From: a virus
Lineage: Duplodnaviria > Caudoviricetes
DNA length: 60,367 nt
IMG/VR virus record: IMGVR_UViG_3300011335_000506
Location: 1-60,367 of that record
Reading direction: 5' to 3' (one strand)
The notes under the pieces are model-generated. The model was given only the letters and a program-made list of their open reading frames with translations. It was not told where the DNA came from and did not search any database. Shown in pieces: positions 30,158 to 39,653 of the stretch. Position numbers and translations under genes: made by a program. Each line of letters opens with the position of its first letter. The first letter of the stretch is position 1.

Positions 30158-30669
30158 TCAGTAATAGCCTTCGTGATAGCGTCGCCAGCTGATAGTTCAT
30201 GACTCTTACTGTCTGGTGGGTTAATTAAGAATTCATCGTTAGAATCTGCAGTGATGTACTCTGCGTAGCATTCCTTGATTACGCTTCGTGAACTCTCACT
30301 GTCCATCATGCCAACACGGCGCCATCCGCCAGCCATCTTGATAATGCAGTTGATTGATGGGTGAATTAGATCAGCCTTAGCAATGCGCTGCTCAGCCTGA
30401 TACTGGTAGCACAGGCCTGTCACAATCTGTTGCAGCTGCTGCACTGTTGGCATGTCCGCAAAGATGCGCAATCCAATGTTGCGAAGTTCAGCGATAGTCG
30501 GCCTGAACTCACACTTGAGCAACACGTGTCGCATGATCTCTCCCACAACACGATCGTCCCAGTTACGCATAATCGTCATGTAGATTGCGGCAATGCCTTC
30601 ATCCCATTTCACATTACTTGGTAGCGTTGACAGTACACTGCATACGCCCTTAAACGTTTCCTTCGTCAT
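30154..30669 (-). CDS. Helicase loader/inhibitor (SPP1 G39P/lambda P-like role)
   Basis: Lies between the initiator and DnaB. FRPTIAELR and GGW motifs. Confidence 0.6.
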   Translation of the reverse strand: MTKETFKGVCSVLSTLPSNVKWDEGIAAIYMTIMRNWDDRVVGEIMRHVLLKCEFRPTIAELRNIGLRIFADMPTVQQLQQIVTGLCYQYQAEQRIAKADLIHPSINCIIKMAGGWRRVGMMDSESSRSVIKECYAEYITADSNDEFLINPPDSKSHELSAGDAITKAITE

Positions 30670-30736
30670 ACTTCCTCCATAACTACTTATACCGCTATGT
30701 TTACCAGATTTGCCACAACTGGTGTACTAATTGTCG

Positions 30737-31570
30737 TCAATCCCACAACTCGTCAACCATTGAAACAGCCTTCGAGATTGTGTTCTGCTGCACATCCTCA
30801 GTGATTGCAGTAGTCCAATGTTTCCACAAAGAGTTGATGGTCACGAGGTTTGGTTTACCCCACTTCTTGAGTAGGTTTTGTGTGGCAAACCTGACTTGGT
30901 CTGGAGTTATGCCAGCTCCCTGCATTGACCTAAGCACATGGTGTGCGCCTCTCCATTCACCAAGGAGGAATGCTGAAGCGTGTGCTGGATGCATGACACT
31001 TCGGTATGCAATGAACAGAGCCTTGGACGGGTCATCATCAACAGGCATCTTGATGGAATCCCGTTTAGTCCCCTTCGTGGGGACTATAGGGGTATATTCT
31101 TCTTTCTGTATATTCTTTAATGTAATGACCCCTGCAGTTTTTGCACCCTCCTCCCTTGCAGTTTTTGCACCCTCCCCCCTGTCAATTACTGCACCCTCCC
31201 CAAAGCCGTCTGGAAGTATGACATAGCCGTTAGTGGTGCGCCTACCACTCTCAACGTGGCGTTCCTCAACAGAAAGAACCGGCTTAGGACGCTCCACAGT
31301 GACCATAGAGAGGGTTTTTATAGCTTGCCTAACTATCCGTTCACTCAGGCCTGTATCGTCGCATATGAGCGAAACTGACGGATAGCTGTATCCGGTTTCG
31401 TCAGCGCGTAATGCGAGTACAGTTAGGACTAACCATTCGGATCCAGTGAACGTCTTTAGAAAAGGAAGGAGTTCGTGATAAAGCACCACGAACCCCTTGT
31501 TGGATCTCTGTTGGGTTACATGAGAACCCTTGAACATACCTATCATCTCTACCTCCCCTTGAATGGGCAT
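30737..31570 (-). CDS. Replication initiator (lambda O-like, N-terminal wHTH); probable start 31546
   Basis: VLALRAD..GYSYPSVSLICDDTGLSERIVRQAIKTL...TNGY. Internal iterons. Confidence 0.85.
   Translation of the reverse strand: MPIQGEVEMIGMFKGSHVTQQRSNKGFVVLYHELLPFLKTFTGSEWLVLTVLALRADETGYSYPSVSLICDDTGLSERIVRQAIKTLSMVTVERPKPVLSVEERHVESGRRTTNGYVILPDGFGEGAVIDRGEGAKTAREEGAKTAGVITLKNIQKEEYTPIVPTKGTKRDSIKMPVDDDPSKALFIAYRSVMHPAHASAFLLGEWRGAHHVLRSMQGAGITPDQVRFATQNLLKKWGKPNLVTINSLWKHWTTAITEDVQQNTISKAVSMVDELWD
31093..31199. other. Putative replication origin: iterons plus AT-rich tract within the initiator gene
   Basis: TGCAGTTTTTGCACCCTCC at 31133 and 31157 (24-bp period), a partial third copy ending at 31199, and AT-rich 31093-31127. 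Confidence 0.75.
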
Positions 31571-32136
31571 ATCTGGCAGACTTGTACGCCGTCACGGTTT
31601 ACACAAGCTGCCGAGTCTAGTATCTTCTTAGCGTCTGTCAATGATAGTCCTGGTGGGACTTCCACCTGATCTCTGACTCGCTTCGAGGGTGTCTCACCAC
31701 GAACGATGTCACCAAGTACATCGACTGACCATTCCTTGGCATGTGCCTCAGTCAGTAGCCGTTCTTGTTCGTCGTGTGCCAGTTTACACACAACACGATG
31801 ATGCGTCCATGACAGACTTGGATTACGCACATGATGTGGGACATTTCTTGCAACCCAAGAGTAGTTAGCAAGAGACTGGTACGTGTGTCCAGTCAGCTCC
31901 ATAGCTTGTGTGTACTTCTCACCGTATCGGCCTTCGCCATAGTTGATTGCATCACCAAGCGCCCATTGGAAAGCTGTTTCCATCTTGACCAGTACAGTCA
32001 TGAGGTGTTCCCAATGTTCATAAGACAGGTCTCCGGTAAACCGGATTCCTGCCTCTGAGACGTGTACGTTATCGGGGATGCCACCGATGTGTACTATGTC
32101 AGTCTTCATCAGGTGCTGGCTCCTTGAGTCCAACAA
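31549..32136 (-). CDS. LmbU-like DNA-binding protein
   Basis: WALGD..YGE.RYGEKY..A..LTG..YQSL.NY.WVAR...R.P.LSWTHH. Confidence 0.7.
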   Translation of the reverse strand: MLDSRSQHLMKTDIVHIGGIPDNVHVSEAGIRFTGDLSYEHWEHLMTVLVKMETAFQWALGDAINYGEGRYGEKYTQAMELTGHTYQSLANYSWVARNVPHHVRNPSLSWTHHRVVCKLAHDEQERLLTEAHAKEWSVDVLGDIVRGETPSKRVRDQVEVPPGLSLTDAKKILDSAACVNRDGVQVCQICPFKGR

Positions 32137-32686
32137 ACTTGACTACTTCCTGTTCAGGTGTGATCTCGCATCCATCAGGTCGAACCTGTGTGTACGTGAT
32201 CAAGTCATTGACAGTTTGCTGACTAAGCTTGCTCACCAATACTGACTCAGAAGTCTTGATAGCCTCTGGTTCATACGTTCGCGCCCAAGCAACTGCTGCT
32301 TCTTGATTTGTGAATTTGACTTTTGCTTTACTGCTGCGGAAAGTAATTTCACCGTAGGGGCTGGTGTACGTTTTCTTGTTACGCGGTAGCATCTCACGCG
32401 CTACTTCTGTTGCGGTAACACCATACTTCAGTTCCATCCAGCTACGTCTTGATTCCAATGCCTTGATGCGCTTCTCACACATCTCTTGGATACGCTTGAG
32501 TTGTGCCTTCTCACCGATAATCAATGAGTCGACTTCAAGCATCTTCTTCTGCAGGATCCAGAGATCTTGCTCAGATTCAACAACACCATTCTCCAGCCAA
32601 CCATAGACCCCAACTACCTCGCCGGTAGTGGAGTCGATGACCCATCCGTTTTCACGGATGAGTTCATCTTTGTTTTGTTCTTCCAT
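32099..32686 (-). CDS. Mu Gam-like host-nuclease inhibitor
   Basis: Coiled coil followed by KKTY.SPYG.I.FR..K. Confidence 0.65.
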   Translation of the reverse strand: MEEQNKDELIRENGWVIDSTTGEVVGVYGWLENGVVESEQDLWILQKKMLEVDSLIIGEKAQLKRIQEMCEKRIKALESRRSWMELKYGVTATEVAREMLPRNKKTYTSPYGEITFRSSKAKVKFTNQEAAVAWARTYEPEAIKTSESVLVSKLSQQTVNDLITYTQVRPDGCEITPEQEVVKFVGLKEPAPDED

Positions 32687-33309
32687 TAGTCTTCGTCCTC
32701 CAAAAGATCAGCAGCAAATCGGTCTGCTTCAAGATTTGCATACTCGGCCATGCGGACAATTGCAGTCTTGAGATTGTCTGTCGTCATTGTGTCAGTGCCA
32801 AACATGCGGCTGTAAACAGACTTGCCATCAGCCGGCGTAATTTCCGGGCCAAGGATGCGCTTACACTCGTTCATGAAGTTGGTTGCAGCAATCTTGTACT
32901 CCATCTGTGGATCAGACTTAGTGACAGTTGCTGTAGCATTCATCCGCATGGTGCCTGGGATGGGAGCGTCAACGATGCGCTCGCCTTCGTCCAACTCATC
33001 GAGAGCGTACTGTGTGCCGTAACCGGCCATAAGTAGCGCACGTCCTACAGCACCGGTAAGAGCTTTCTCTTCAAAGTCAGGGAAGTGTGCCTTGTGCTCG
33101 CGCTTGTAACCTGTAGCAACAACGCGACCATTAGGGTCAACGATCTCAGCACGTGCTAGACAGGATGTCTCATCAGTGCTGATAATTTCGCAGTTGATTC
33201 CCCATCCGTCAGCAACGGGATGATCTTCACGAAACAATGCGATGCGAACATAAACGGGGGCATAGAGCTTGCCCCCCTTCATCTTCACCAAGTGGTCTTC
33301 AATCTTCAT
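32686..33309 (-). CDS. ssDNA-annealing/recombination protein (Sak/Rad52-like)
   Basis: Start MKIEDH. YAPV..RIA.FR..HP...VVATG...EKALT.AVGRAL..AG.G. Adjacent to Gam. Confidence 0.55.
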   Translation of the reverse strand: MKIEDHLVKMKGGKLYAPVYVRIALFREDHPVADGWGINCEIISTDETSCLARAEIVDPNGRVVATGYKREHKAHFPDFEEKALTGAVGRALLMAGYGTQYALDELDEGERIVDAPIPGTMRMNATATVTKSDPQMEYKIAATNFMNECKRILGPEITPADGKSVYSRMFGTDTMTTDNLKTAIVRMAEYANLEADRFAADLLEDED

Positions 33310-34000
33310 TTGGTTCCTCTTCCAACTTCGCGATGAGTCTGTCTTCTTCATCGCCACCAAGTACCTCCGCCACGAAGCCATAGTTGTTCATCAATGCTTC
33401 TTGTACGTTGTGGATATTGCCATGGTAATACAAAGTTTCACCATCCGCAAACTTAAGTAGCGGGTACACCACAAATTTAAGGTTGTTCATGTCTTTGTAG
33501 TTTTCTACATTGACTTCACACATCGACAGGTTCTTGAACAGATCTTCAAGTGACGAGCCTACAATGATTGCCTTTTGGCTGGTAAGGAGTTCGCCTTTGT
33601 ATTCAGCAACAACGACGGTCGTCTGTGGATCGCAGATGAGCTTTGACTTGAGTGATGGTGTGTAAGTAAGGCAGGATGCAACCCAGCCTTTGCCGCCCAT
33701 CAATAGTCGCATCTTGTTGCGGTACACAAGCATGCGGAAGCATTGTCCAACGCTTGCCCATGTGATGGGTCGTGCGATGATGCCTTCACCGATGAATCCG
33801 CGTACCTTCTCAACCTGTTCCAAGAGCAGTTCAGGTGTGTCTCCAACAAACACGCAGTCGTGTTGTCCCGTCCCTGCGATCAGTGTGCTGCCATCATCAC
33901 CTTCAGCGATGTAGCACATGCCTCGTGGATCTTCTTCCACGGTAAAAAACCAATCAACTTCCAATGGTGTTGCGTTCAATGAACTTCTCCAATCTTTCAA
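33299..34000 (-). CDS. Hypothetical protein
   Basis: 233-aa ORF packed in the operon. Confidence 0.65.
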   Translation of the reverse strand: MKDWRSSLNATPLEVDWFFTVEEDPRGMCYIAEGDDGSTLIAGTGQHDCVFVGDTPELLLEQVEKVRGFIGEGIIARPITWASVGQCFRMLVYRNKMRLLMGGKGWVASCLTYTPSLKSKLICDPQTTVVVAEYKGELLTSQKAIIVGSSLEDLFKNLSMCEVNVENYKDMNNLKFVVYPLLKFADGETLYYHGNIHNVQEALMNNYGFVAEVLGGDEEDRLIAKLEEEPNED

Positions 34001-34358
34001 CTTGTTTAGGGCATCCGTAGATGCGTTCGTATTTCAGCAGTACATCAAGAACTTGTTCCAATGTGCGACAGATGATGGTCATGTTTTGATCGGCCATGCA
34101 TTTCTGTTCTTTACGAACAGTGCCTGTCTTGGTTTTGAGTTCGATGCCGAGTGCTACTGGCAGCTGCCAGTGTTGACAGTGAATGTATAAGTCTGGGCAG
34201 CCAAGGCTGTTGCCTTGCCATCCTGTGGGGTAATGAAGGTTCTTACAGCGAGGGCATTGTACTTTGCGCCTTGCTTTACCTGTCTCCATCACCGTGTATC
34301 CCAAGAATCCCAGAGTGTTGCGAACAAGTGTTTGAAGTTGTGACTCTGTACTCGCCAT
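33954..34358 (-). CDS. VRR-NUC family PD-(D/E)xK nuclease/resolvase
   Basis: ESQLQ..., G.PDL, IELKTKTG.VRKEQ, with a CPRC..H insertion. Confidence 0.8.
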   Translation of the reverse strand: MASTESQLQTLVRNTLGFLGYTVMETGKARRKVQCPRCKNLHYPTGWQGNSLGCPDLYIHCQHWQLPVALGIELKTKTGTVRKEQKCMADQNMTIICRTLEQVLDVLLKYERIYGCPKQVERLEKFIERNTIGS

Positions 34359-34463
34359 GATGTATAATCCTAGTGAGAGTCCTCTGCATACCTCCTCTCG
34401 AAACCCAATGGGGCTGTCCCGTCAGGCAGCCCCGTTCCTCTTTCTCCGCACAGGAGAAGTCTA

Positions 34464-34979
34464 TCACAGACGTGGTTTACAGTTAACCCAGTCCCAGCAA
34501 TAACGTGCAATGGCGGGTGTAATTTTGTATCCCGACAAGCTAACGTCAATCCCAGCTAATTTGAACGCCATGGTGCATGATTTATGATCAGGCGCTGATC
34601 GTATTACAGCCTGGTACTCAGGGATCCTGTGTATTGTCTGTATCCAATCTGCGTGTCTATGTGTGGGGTGAGCTGCGGTATTGATGGGATCAAGGTGTTT
34701 GATGCGCTTGCTTTTCCATTCAGCTTCACTGGTGACAACTCCGTCTTCAATTGCAATGATGTACGCCCGGTTCATTGGGCGTACACCATTTAGGATGTCG
34801 AGTATGTCAATGTATTGTCTGTATGAGAAGTTTACGTGATCGATGGTGATGATGTTAGTGTCTCGTTGTGTTACGGACGCTTGCGCCCATTCGAGTGCGA
34901 TGCTTTTGGCGTGGTCATATTGAAGTGTCCACTCCCATCTATGAATCTTCCCTTTGACCATCACGCGATAAAACTTCAA
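34464..34979 (-). CDS. Hypothetical protein
   Basis: 171 aa. TTG start overlaps the upstream stop. Confidence 0.6.
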   Translation of the reverse strand: MKFYRVMVKGKIHRWEWTLQYDHAKSIALEWAQASVTQRDTNIITIDHVNFSYRQYIDILDILNGVRPMNRAYIIAIEDGVVTSEAEWKSKRIKHLDPINTAAHPTHRHADWIQTIHRIPEYQAVIRSAPDHKSCTMAFKLAGIDVSLSGYKITPAIARYCWDWVNCKPRL

Positions 34980-35140
34980 CGTCTTACTCGTGGGTCGTTC
35001 TTGTAGTCAAGCCACGCGAATAGGGGCATCAGGGGTGTCAGGAGCATGCATATTACTCCCACAGGGATGACGATGTATTTGAACAGGAATATGACTGCCC
35101 AGAAGAAGAGACTAACGATTGTCTCGATGAGTGAAAACAT
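34976..35140 (-). CDS. 54-aa membrane protein
   Basis: MFSLIETIVSLFFWAVIFLFKYIVIPVGVICMLLTPLMPLFAWLDYKNDPRVRR. AGGAG RBS. Not in the ORF track. Confidence 0.65.
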   Translation of the reverse strand: MFSLIETIVSLFFWAVIFLFKYIVIPVGVICMLLTPLMPLFAWLDYKNDPRVRR

Positions 35141-35166
35141 GAAAATGCTGCTCCTTTAATCCTAGC

Positions 35167-35228
35167 TGTACCTACGTGGGTGGGTTGTGCTTTCGCCAAG
35201 AAAGCCCCCCTGCCGAAGCAGGAGGGCG
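35167..35228 (-). terminator. cUUCGg-loop terminator plus partial cassette motif
   Basis: Hairpin CCTGC-CGAA-GCAGG (plus strand) next to TGTACCTACGTGGGTGGGT, which matches the distal box of the 38-44 kb repeats. Confidence 0.6.
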
Positions 35229-35234
35229 TTGAGT

Positions 35235-35645
35235 CTAGTCGATGACTTCGATGGGCGTCCGGCTGAGCGTGAAGAAGAACCCGCCAAAGATGGTTCCGTC
35301 GATGTTGTTGAATGACAACTGGTAGTCCCAGTGATCGTGTCCTTCAACGAGTTCGACTTTAAGGTCTTTCCACGTCTCGCTGTGGATGAACATGCGAACG
35401 ATTGGCTCGATGTCGGTGTCGCACGAAGCAGAGATGCTACAGAGCTTGACGAGTTGTTTACCCGCATGAGCGTAAACGTTGAAGCAAGCGTCTGACAGAG
35501 CACCTTGACTGAAGAAGAACGGGATCTGTGAGATCTCTGAGCGATGAGTGAACGCTTCAAGGACGCTCTCCACCTGTGTGCGGGTGAGTGTGCCTGTCCC
35601 AACAAGGGCAAGGGCTTCTGCTTGTGAGTCGGTCAATCTGACCAT
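35235..35645 (-). CDS. Hypothetical protein
   Basis: 136 aa, AGGAGG RBS. Confidence 0.7.
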   Translation of the reverse strand: MVRLTDSQAEALALVGTGTLTRTQVESVLEAFTHRSEISQIPFFFSQGALSDACFNVYAHAGKQLVKLCSISASCDTDIEPIVRMFIHSETWKDLKVELVEGHDHWDYQLSFNNIDGTIFGGFFFTLSRTPIEVID

Positions 35646-35751
35646 GGTTGCAAACCTCCTACCGGACTTCGCCCTCCGGCTGGGCTATCAAACAACGACA
35701 CTTATGATATCGCTCACGCGCCACAGGATGTGACACATGGCTACAACATAT

Positions 35752-36108
35752 TTACTCGCGCCAGTAATCACCTGACTCACGATCTTCAAGCTGACGTTCA
35801 GCCTGTGCGTCGATGGTCTCGTTGACGTGTTCAGCCCACTCTTTCACGATCAGGTAGTAGTCTTCGGATGTGTCAACGTCTACCTCATGCTCGCGAATGT
35901 ATTCAAGGAGACTGTCGTTCAGCTGTGAGAACCATGCTGGTTCATTGGCGTGACTAGTGTCTTTGCAGATCTGTACCAATGCGTCAACCTGAATCTGTTC
36001 AAACGTCACGTATTGAGCGCTCTCGTCGCTCTCAGTGGCGTCTGTTGCGAGAAGCTCAGGTGGCAAGCGCCACCCGATCTCGTCCCATACGGTGATGTCA
36101 ACTCTCAT
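35752..36108 (-). CDS. Acidic hypothetical protein
   Basis: Start MRVDITV after GGAGGAAGG. Confidence 0.65.
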   Translation of the reverse strand: MRVDITVWDEIGWRLPPELLATDATESDESAQYVTFEQIQVDALVQICKDTSHANEPAWFSQLNDSLLEYIREHEVDVDTSEDYYLIVKEWAEHVNETIDAQAERQLEDRESGDYWRE

Positions 36109-36109
36109 A

Positions 36110-36520
36110 TCAATACCTTCCTCCACCTGTGTCGTCGGTTGGTGGCTCTGTGCTGAAGTCCCAGTCAGGGTGACCTGACAGGATGCTCTGCAGGAATCCT
36201 GCGGTGATTTTGTCCATGTCGTAGACGTGTCCGTCAAACGCGTTGTGATACTTGGCTATGGCGTCCCAGATGTTGATGACAAACTCTTCAAGGGCGTTAT
36301 GTCCGTCAACGACAGTCGACACTTCGTCGAAGGAGAGACCTTCATATGCCGGATGCATCTCGCCCAGCAATCTGCCTAGATTCGTGTACGACTCGGACAC
36401 GTTGTAGACCCAGTCATCAAGCTGAGCAAATTCCGGGCGGTCATGCATGCTCAGGAGCAGACTTGCAAGGATGGGTGTGCTCCCCCGAAGGAGCGCGATG
36501 CGTTTCTCGATTGTGTTCAT
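36110..36520 (-). CDS. Hypothetical protein
   Basis: Start MNTIEKR, packed between neighbours. Confidence 0.6.
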   Translation of the reverse strand: MNTIEKRIALLRGSTPILASLLLSMHDRPEFAQLDDWVYNVSESYTNLGRLLGEMHPAYEGLSFDEVSTVVDGHNALEEFVINIWDAIAKYHNAFDGHVYDMDKITAGFLQSILSGHPDWDFSTEPPTDDTGGGRY

Positions 36521-36521
36521 G

Positions 36522-37085
36522 TTAGAAGTCCAACCTTTCTCTCTCACGTGTCTCTGCTACATGGTCAAGGTGAAGCGACAGCGCCTGTTCACCGTCAACC
36601 TTCGGCGCCAGTACCTGCTCCACTTCACGATTGTCGATGAATGCGTCAAGTGTTGGAGTGAAGATCTCGTACCACTCATCGCATCCAGACCAGTCAGCTA
36701 CCATCTCGCCGCGTCCCGTCTCAGGGTCATCAGCGTTGTTACCGTAGATGAGCACCACGCTCAGGTACGTAGCCTCACCGTCCTCCTGTTCGTCAACCTC
36801 GCCATCCTGCACACAGAGCCACTCCATGTCGCACTGGTTCATCAAAGGGATGATGTCCTCTGGCTTGTTGATAGGGTACTTGTCTTCACCATCAGAGAGG
36901 GTGAGCACCAACCCGTGCTTGTCACACACAGGAAGGAGCGCCTCCACGAGCTGGTACCCGTGGAGATGTTCAGAAGCCACACGATTCTGGATCTTGGGTG
37001 ATACGTGCATCGACTGCACCTTCGCCGCAATCATGTCGCCAGCGGCACCAAACAGAACCTTGTCAAAGATTGTCGTACCTGTCAT
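36522..37085 (-). CDS. Hypothetical protein
   Basis: 187 aa, GAGGAGG RBS. Confidence 0.7.
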   Translation of the reverse strand: MTGTTIFDKVLFGAAGDMIAAKVQSMHVSPKIQNRVASEHLHGYQLVEALLPVCDKHGLVLTLSDGEDKYPINKPEDIIPLMNQCDMEWLCVQDGEVDEQEDGEATYLSVVLIYGNNADDPETGRGEMVADWSGCDEWYEIFTPTLDAFIDNREVEQVLAPKVDGEQALSLHLDHVAETRERERLDF

Positions 37086-37330
37086 TACTTTGCCTCCTCT
37101 TCACGAAACAGAACGCCACCGGCGCCGATAACCAAACGTCCTCCAGCACCAAACACATCAATGATCTGCATGGTCTCCATGTCAATGATCACCTGTGGGT
37201 CTACAACAGCTCTCGACTCTGCAATCGCCTCTGCGATTTCAAAGCCGTGCAACCCTACAGAGTCACCCGTCTTGATGTTGATAACCGCGTACTGTCCTGT
37301 ACAGCGGGAAAGGTCTACATTCTTCATCAC
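37085..37330 (-). CDS. Hypothetical protein
   Basis: 81 aa, GGAGGT RBS. Confidence 0.65.
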   Translation of the reverse strand: MMKNVDLSRCTGQYAVINIKTGDSVGLHGFEIAEAIAESRAVVDPQVIIDMETMQIIDVFGAGGRLVIGAGGVLFREEEAK

Positions 37331-37866
37331 TTACCTCCTTCTAACTCACGTGCTTGACAGTCATAGCAAGGGAACGTAACCCAGCCACCACACTTGCCAC
37401 ACTGCCCAAATTGAGGCTCCTGTGCCTCGTCCTCATCATCACGCTCAATGCCCATAATCCAGTAGTCGTCATCCGTCAGCTCGTCACCTGATCGGCATTC
37501 ATGATTCGTGATAAGACCAGCAACACCCTGCAAGCCACCAGCAAACAAGTCAGCCGCTTGTACCCATGAGATGTCAAAGGTCACATCTGCATGACGAGCA
37601 ACAATCACCTTAAACCAGTCAATAGGCTCATTCCACCTTGAGTCTATGTAAAGGAACAGAGATGCCTCATAAAAGGGCTTGACCGATGAATCAGATACCT
37701 TGTAGTCGAAGTCTGTCAATACAGCACCACAGGCGCTCTCACCGTCCCCAAGGAAGCGATCAAAGTCCACAGTGGACTCATCAGCCGATACATGGTCTCT
37801 CTTGAACAAACTGACAGCTTTAACTGTCCCATATACGCGAACGATACTCTCACACGTGTTAGCCAT
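37327..37866 (-). CDS. DUF1281/YubB-like ferredoxin-fold protein with C-terminal Zn finger
   Basis: MANTC.S start, DSRWNEP...VTFDISW..AG and CGKC..C.DC. Confidence 0.5.
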   Translation of the reverse strand: MANTCESIVRVYGTVKAVSLFKRDHVSADESTVDFDRFLGDGESACGAVLTDFDYKVSDSSVKPFYEASLFLYIDSRWNEPIDWFKVIVARHADVTFDISWVQAADLFAGGLQGVAGLITNHECRSGDELTDDDYWIMGIERDDEDEAQEPQFGQCGKCGGWVTFPCYDCQARELEGGK

Positions 37867-38091
37867 AGCTTCTAACCTTTCGTAAACATCAAACAAACAA
37901 CAACCACTAACATTATTCCCATTACAAGGAAAAAACAAACGCAGACGACGAAACAGTGACAAGTAAACGATCAGCCAATAGCGGAATTTTAGGAGGTAGA
38001 CCCACCGTGGATTGTGCTACGCTTGAAACCGTCATCCTTGCCAATCCTACATATACATACCAACGGTATACATACCTGTTTTTAGGATCTG

Positions 38092-38202
38092 GAGGGGTGC
38101 AAAAAAGGGGAGGGTAGCAGATTTTGCAGGGTAGCGACCCGTCAACAAATTAACAGCTGTGTACCCTGCAAAAACTACTAGGGTAGCAGATTTTGCACCT
38201 AC
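38092..38202. repeat. Second cluster of iteron-like sites
   Basis: AGGGTAGCAGATTTTGCA at 38111 and 38180, inverted TGCAAAAACT at 38167. Matches the initiator-gene iteron GCAGTTTTTGCACC at 13/14. Confidence 0.6.
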
Positions 38203-38204
38203 CC

Positions 38205-38366
38205 TAATAGGGAAACGAGACAGCCCAGCAATATAACCAAAGCATATACCTACGGGTGGGTGTAGGATGACCCGTAGGCTCAACTTACCCTACACCAACC
38301 ACTACCAGCGGGGCGTGGGTGGGGTGCAAATTGGCACAAAAAAAGGCAGAGGCCGAAGCCCCTGCC
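38205..38366 (-). promoter_or_regulatory. Cassette repeat, degenerate copy (terminator plus promoter-like boxes)
   Basis: Plus strand TAATAGGGAAAC, CATATACCTACG, GTGGGTGGGG and hairpin GCAGAGGCCGAAGCCCCTGC preceded by an A-tract. Confidence 0.55.
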
Positions 38367-38372
38367 CGAAGG

Positions 38373-39203
38373 TCACACCGTTGTCAGTGTGACCCAAAGC
38401 GCTGTGCTACCGTGTGACCGGATTGCACGATGCTGTGTACCCATGCAAGCTTTGCATGATGCGCACGGCACCAAGTCCATACGGTCTTTGAACCGTGGAT
38501 CCGATGGGCATGACCGTGTGCCTTTCAGAGACTTGAAGTGTGTCTGAAAGTCGTCATGCGGTAACACTGTGAAGGTGCCTGTCCAACCCATCGCGACCGC
38601 TTCCGCTTGGTCGTCTTTGCTGTCGCATGACGCCATGACGCGACCCATAAGACCGTGCGACCAGTCATAGCGCCATTGGTGCGTATAACCCGTCCAAGCG
38701 GCGACATCCTGCAGGATGCTGTCCCATACCTGTGCAGGTACCATGGCAGGATCACCATAGGCGCCCATCCGTACCGGTTTATCGGCACGTAGCACCATTG
38801 CATTGACATCGTGAAGCGCCACGGTGGGAACGTTACCACGGGTGAAGGCACCATAGATGCTACCCGGTGCGTTGGAAACGCGGACGTAGCAGGTACGGAC
38901 ACGCTTGGTTTCCACCTTTAGCTGTCCCTTTTTGGTGCGGCGGACACGGGTACGTGTCTGGTAACGGTGTGAACAATTACCGCAGATAGATGCATCCATG
39001 CCCATCTTCAAGGCTTCCTGTGGATGCATGTCAAGACGCAAGATATAGGTTTGCACCATATCATCCGTCTTTGTGTTTGGTTTGTTGGTCTTTTTCAGAC
39101 CCGTAACAAACAAGCCGATGATTGTGCCGTCTATAGGCGACGTTCCGACCCATGCCAGAACAGTGTTGATGGCATTGGTGCCATTCTTTGTAACCAGTTT
39201 CAT
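38373..39203 (-). CDS. Cys-rich phage protein (GP88-like, possible Fe-S/radical-SAM-related)
   Basis: MVQTYIL, ICGNC..CYV, VRMGAYGDP, GYTHQW, MASCD and CP..C..C..C. GGAGGT RBS. Confidence 0.6.
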   Translation of the reverse strand: MKLVTKNGTNAINTVLAWVGTSPIDGTIIGLFVTGLKKTNKPNTKTDDMVQTYILRLDMHPQEALKMGMDASICGNCSHRYQTRTRVRRTKKGQLKVETKRVRTCYVRVSNAPGSIYGAFTRGNVPTVALHDVNAMVLRADKPVRMGAYGDPAMVPAQVWDSILQDVAAWTGYTHQWRYDWSHGLMGRVMASCDSKDDQAEAVAMGWTGTFTVLPHDDFQTHFKSLKGTRSCPSDPRFKDRMDLVPCASCKACMGTQHRAIRSHGSTALWVTLTTV

Positions 39204-39217
39204 ACTGTTTACCTCCA

Positions 39218-39367
39218 CATATATAGGAAAGTGTGACGCACAACCCATACAAGACTACATATACCGACGTGGCGCGTGTAGATCGTCACTGAGCAGCAAT
39301 AAAGCATGTACCAGCGGTGGGTGGGCGGGGTGCGATAAGCACAAAAAAAGAGGGGCCGAAGCCCCTC
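39218..39367 (-). promoter_or_regulatory. Cassette repeat copy (terminator plus non-canonical promoter)
   Basis: Plus strand CATATATAGG-N17-CCATA-N8-CATATACCGACGTGG-N5-GTAGATC...TGTAC..GGTGGGTGG...GAGGGGCCGAAGCCCCTC. Confidence 0.85.
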
Positions 39368-39372
39368 TGCGA

Positions 39373-39645
39373 TCACTTGATCAGATCTTCTTTTCGCTTG
39401 GACACTTGAGGTTGTCCGGTTATCTTGTTGAACCAAACGAGCATGATTGGTTCATCTGTGTATGTGCCGTTTCGGCGGCGTGTAACCCGCACGTTGTGTG
39501 CAACCTCGATGTGGGTTGCAGGTATTGATCTATACCGTGCAAGCACACGTGCGTCCGATTCAGTGCCACGTAAGGTAGGTCGACCGATTGGCCGACCATC
39601 CTTGTCGTAGGCCTGTATCTCATATGTGTATGGATAGTTAGCCAT
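39373..39645 (-). CDS. Hypothetical protein (cassette gene)
   Basis: 90 aa, ends at the terminator. Confidence 0.65.
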   Translation of the reverse strand: MANYPYTYEIQAYDKDGRPIGRPTLRGTESDARVLARYRSIPATHIEVAHNVRVTRRRNGTYTDEPIMLVWFNKITGQPQVSKRKEDLIK

Positions 39646-39653
39646 TGTGTTCC

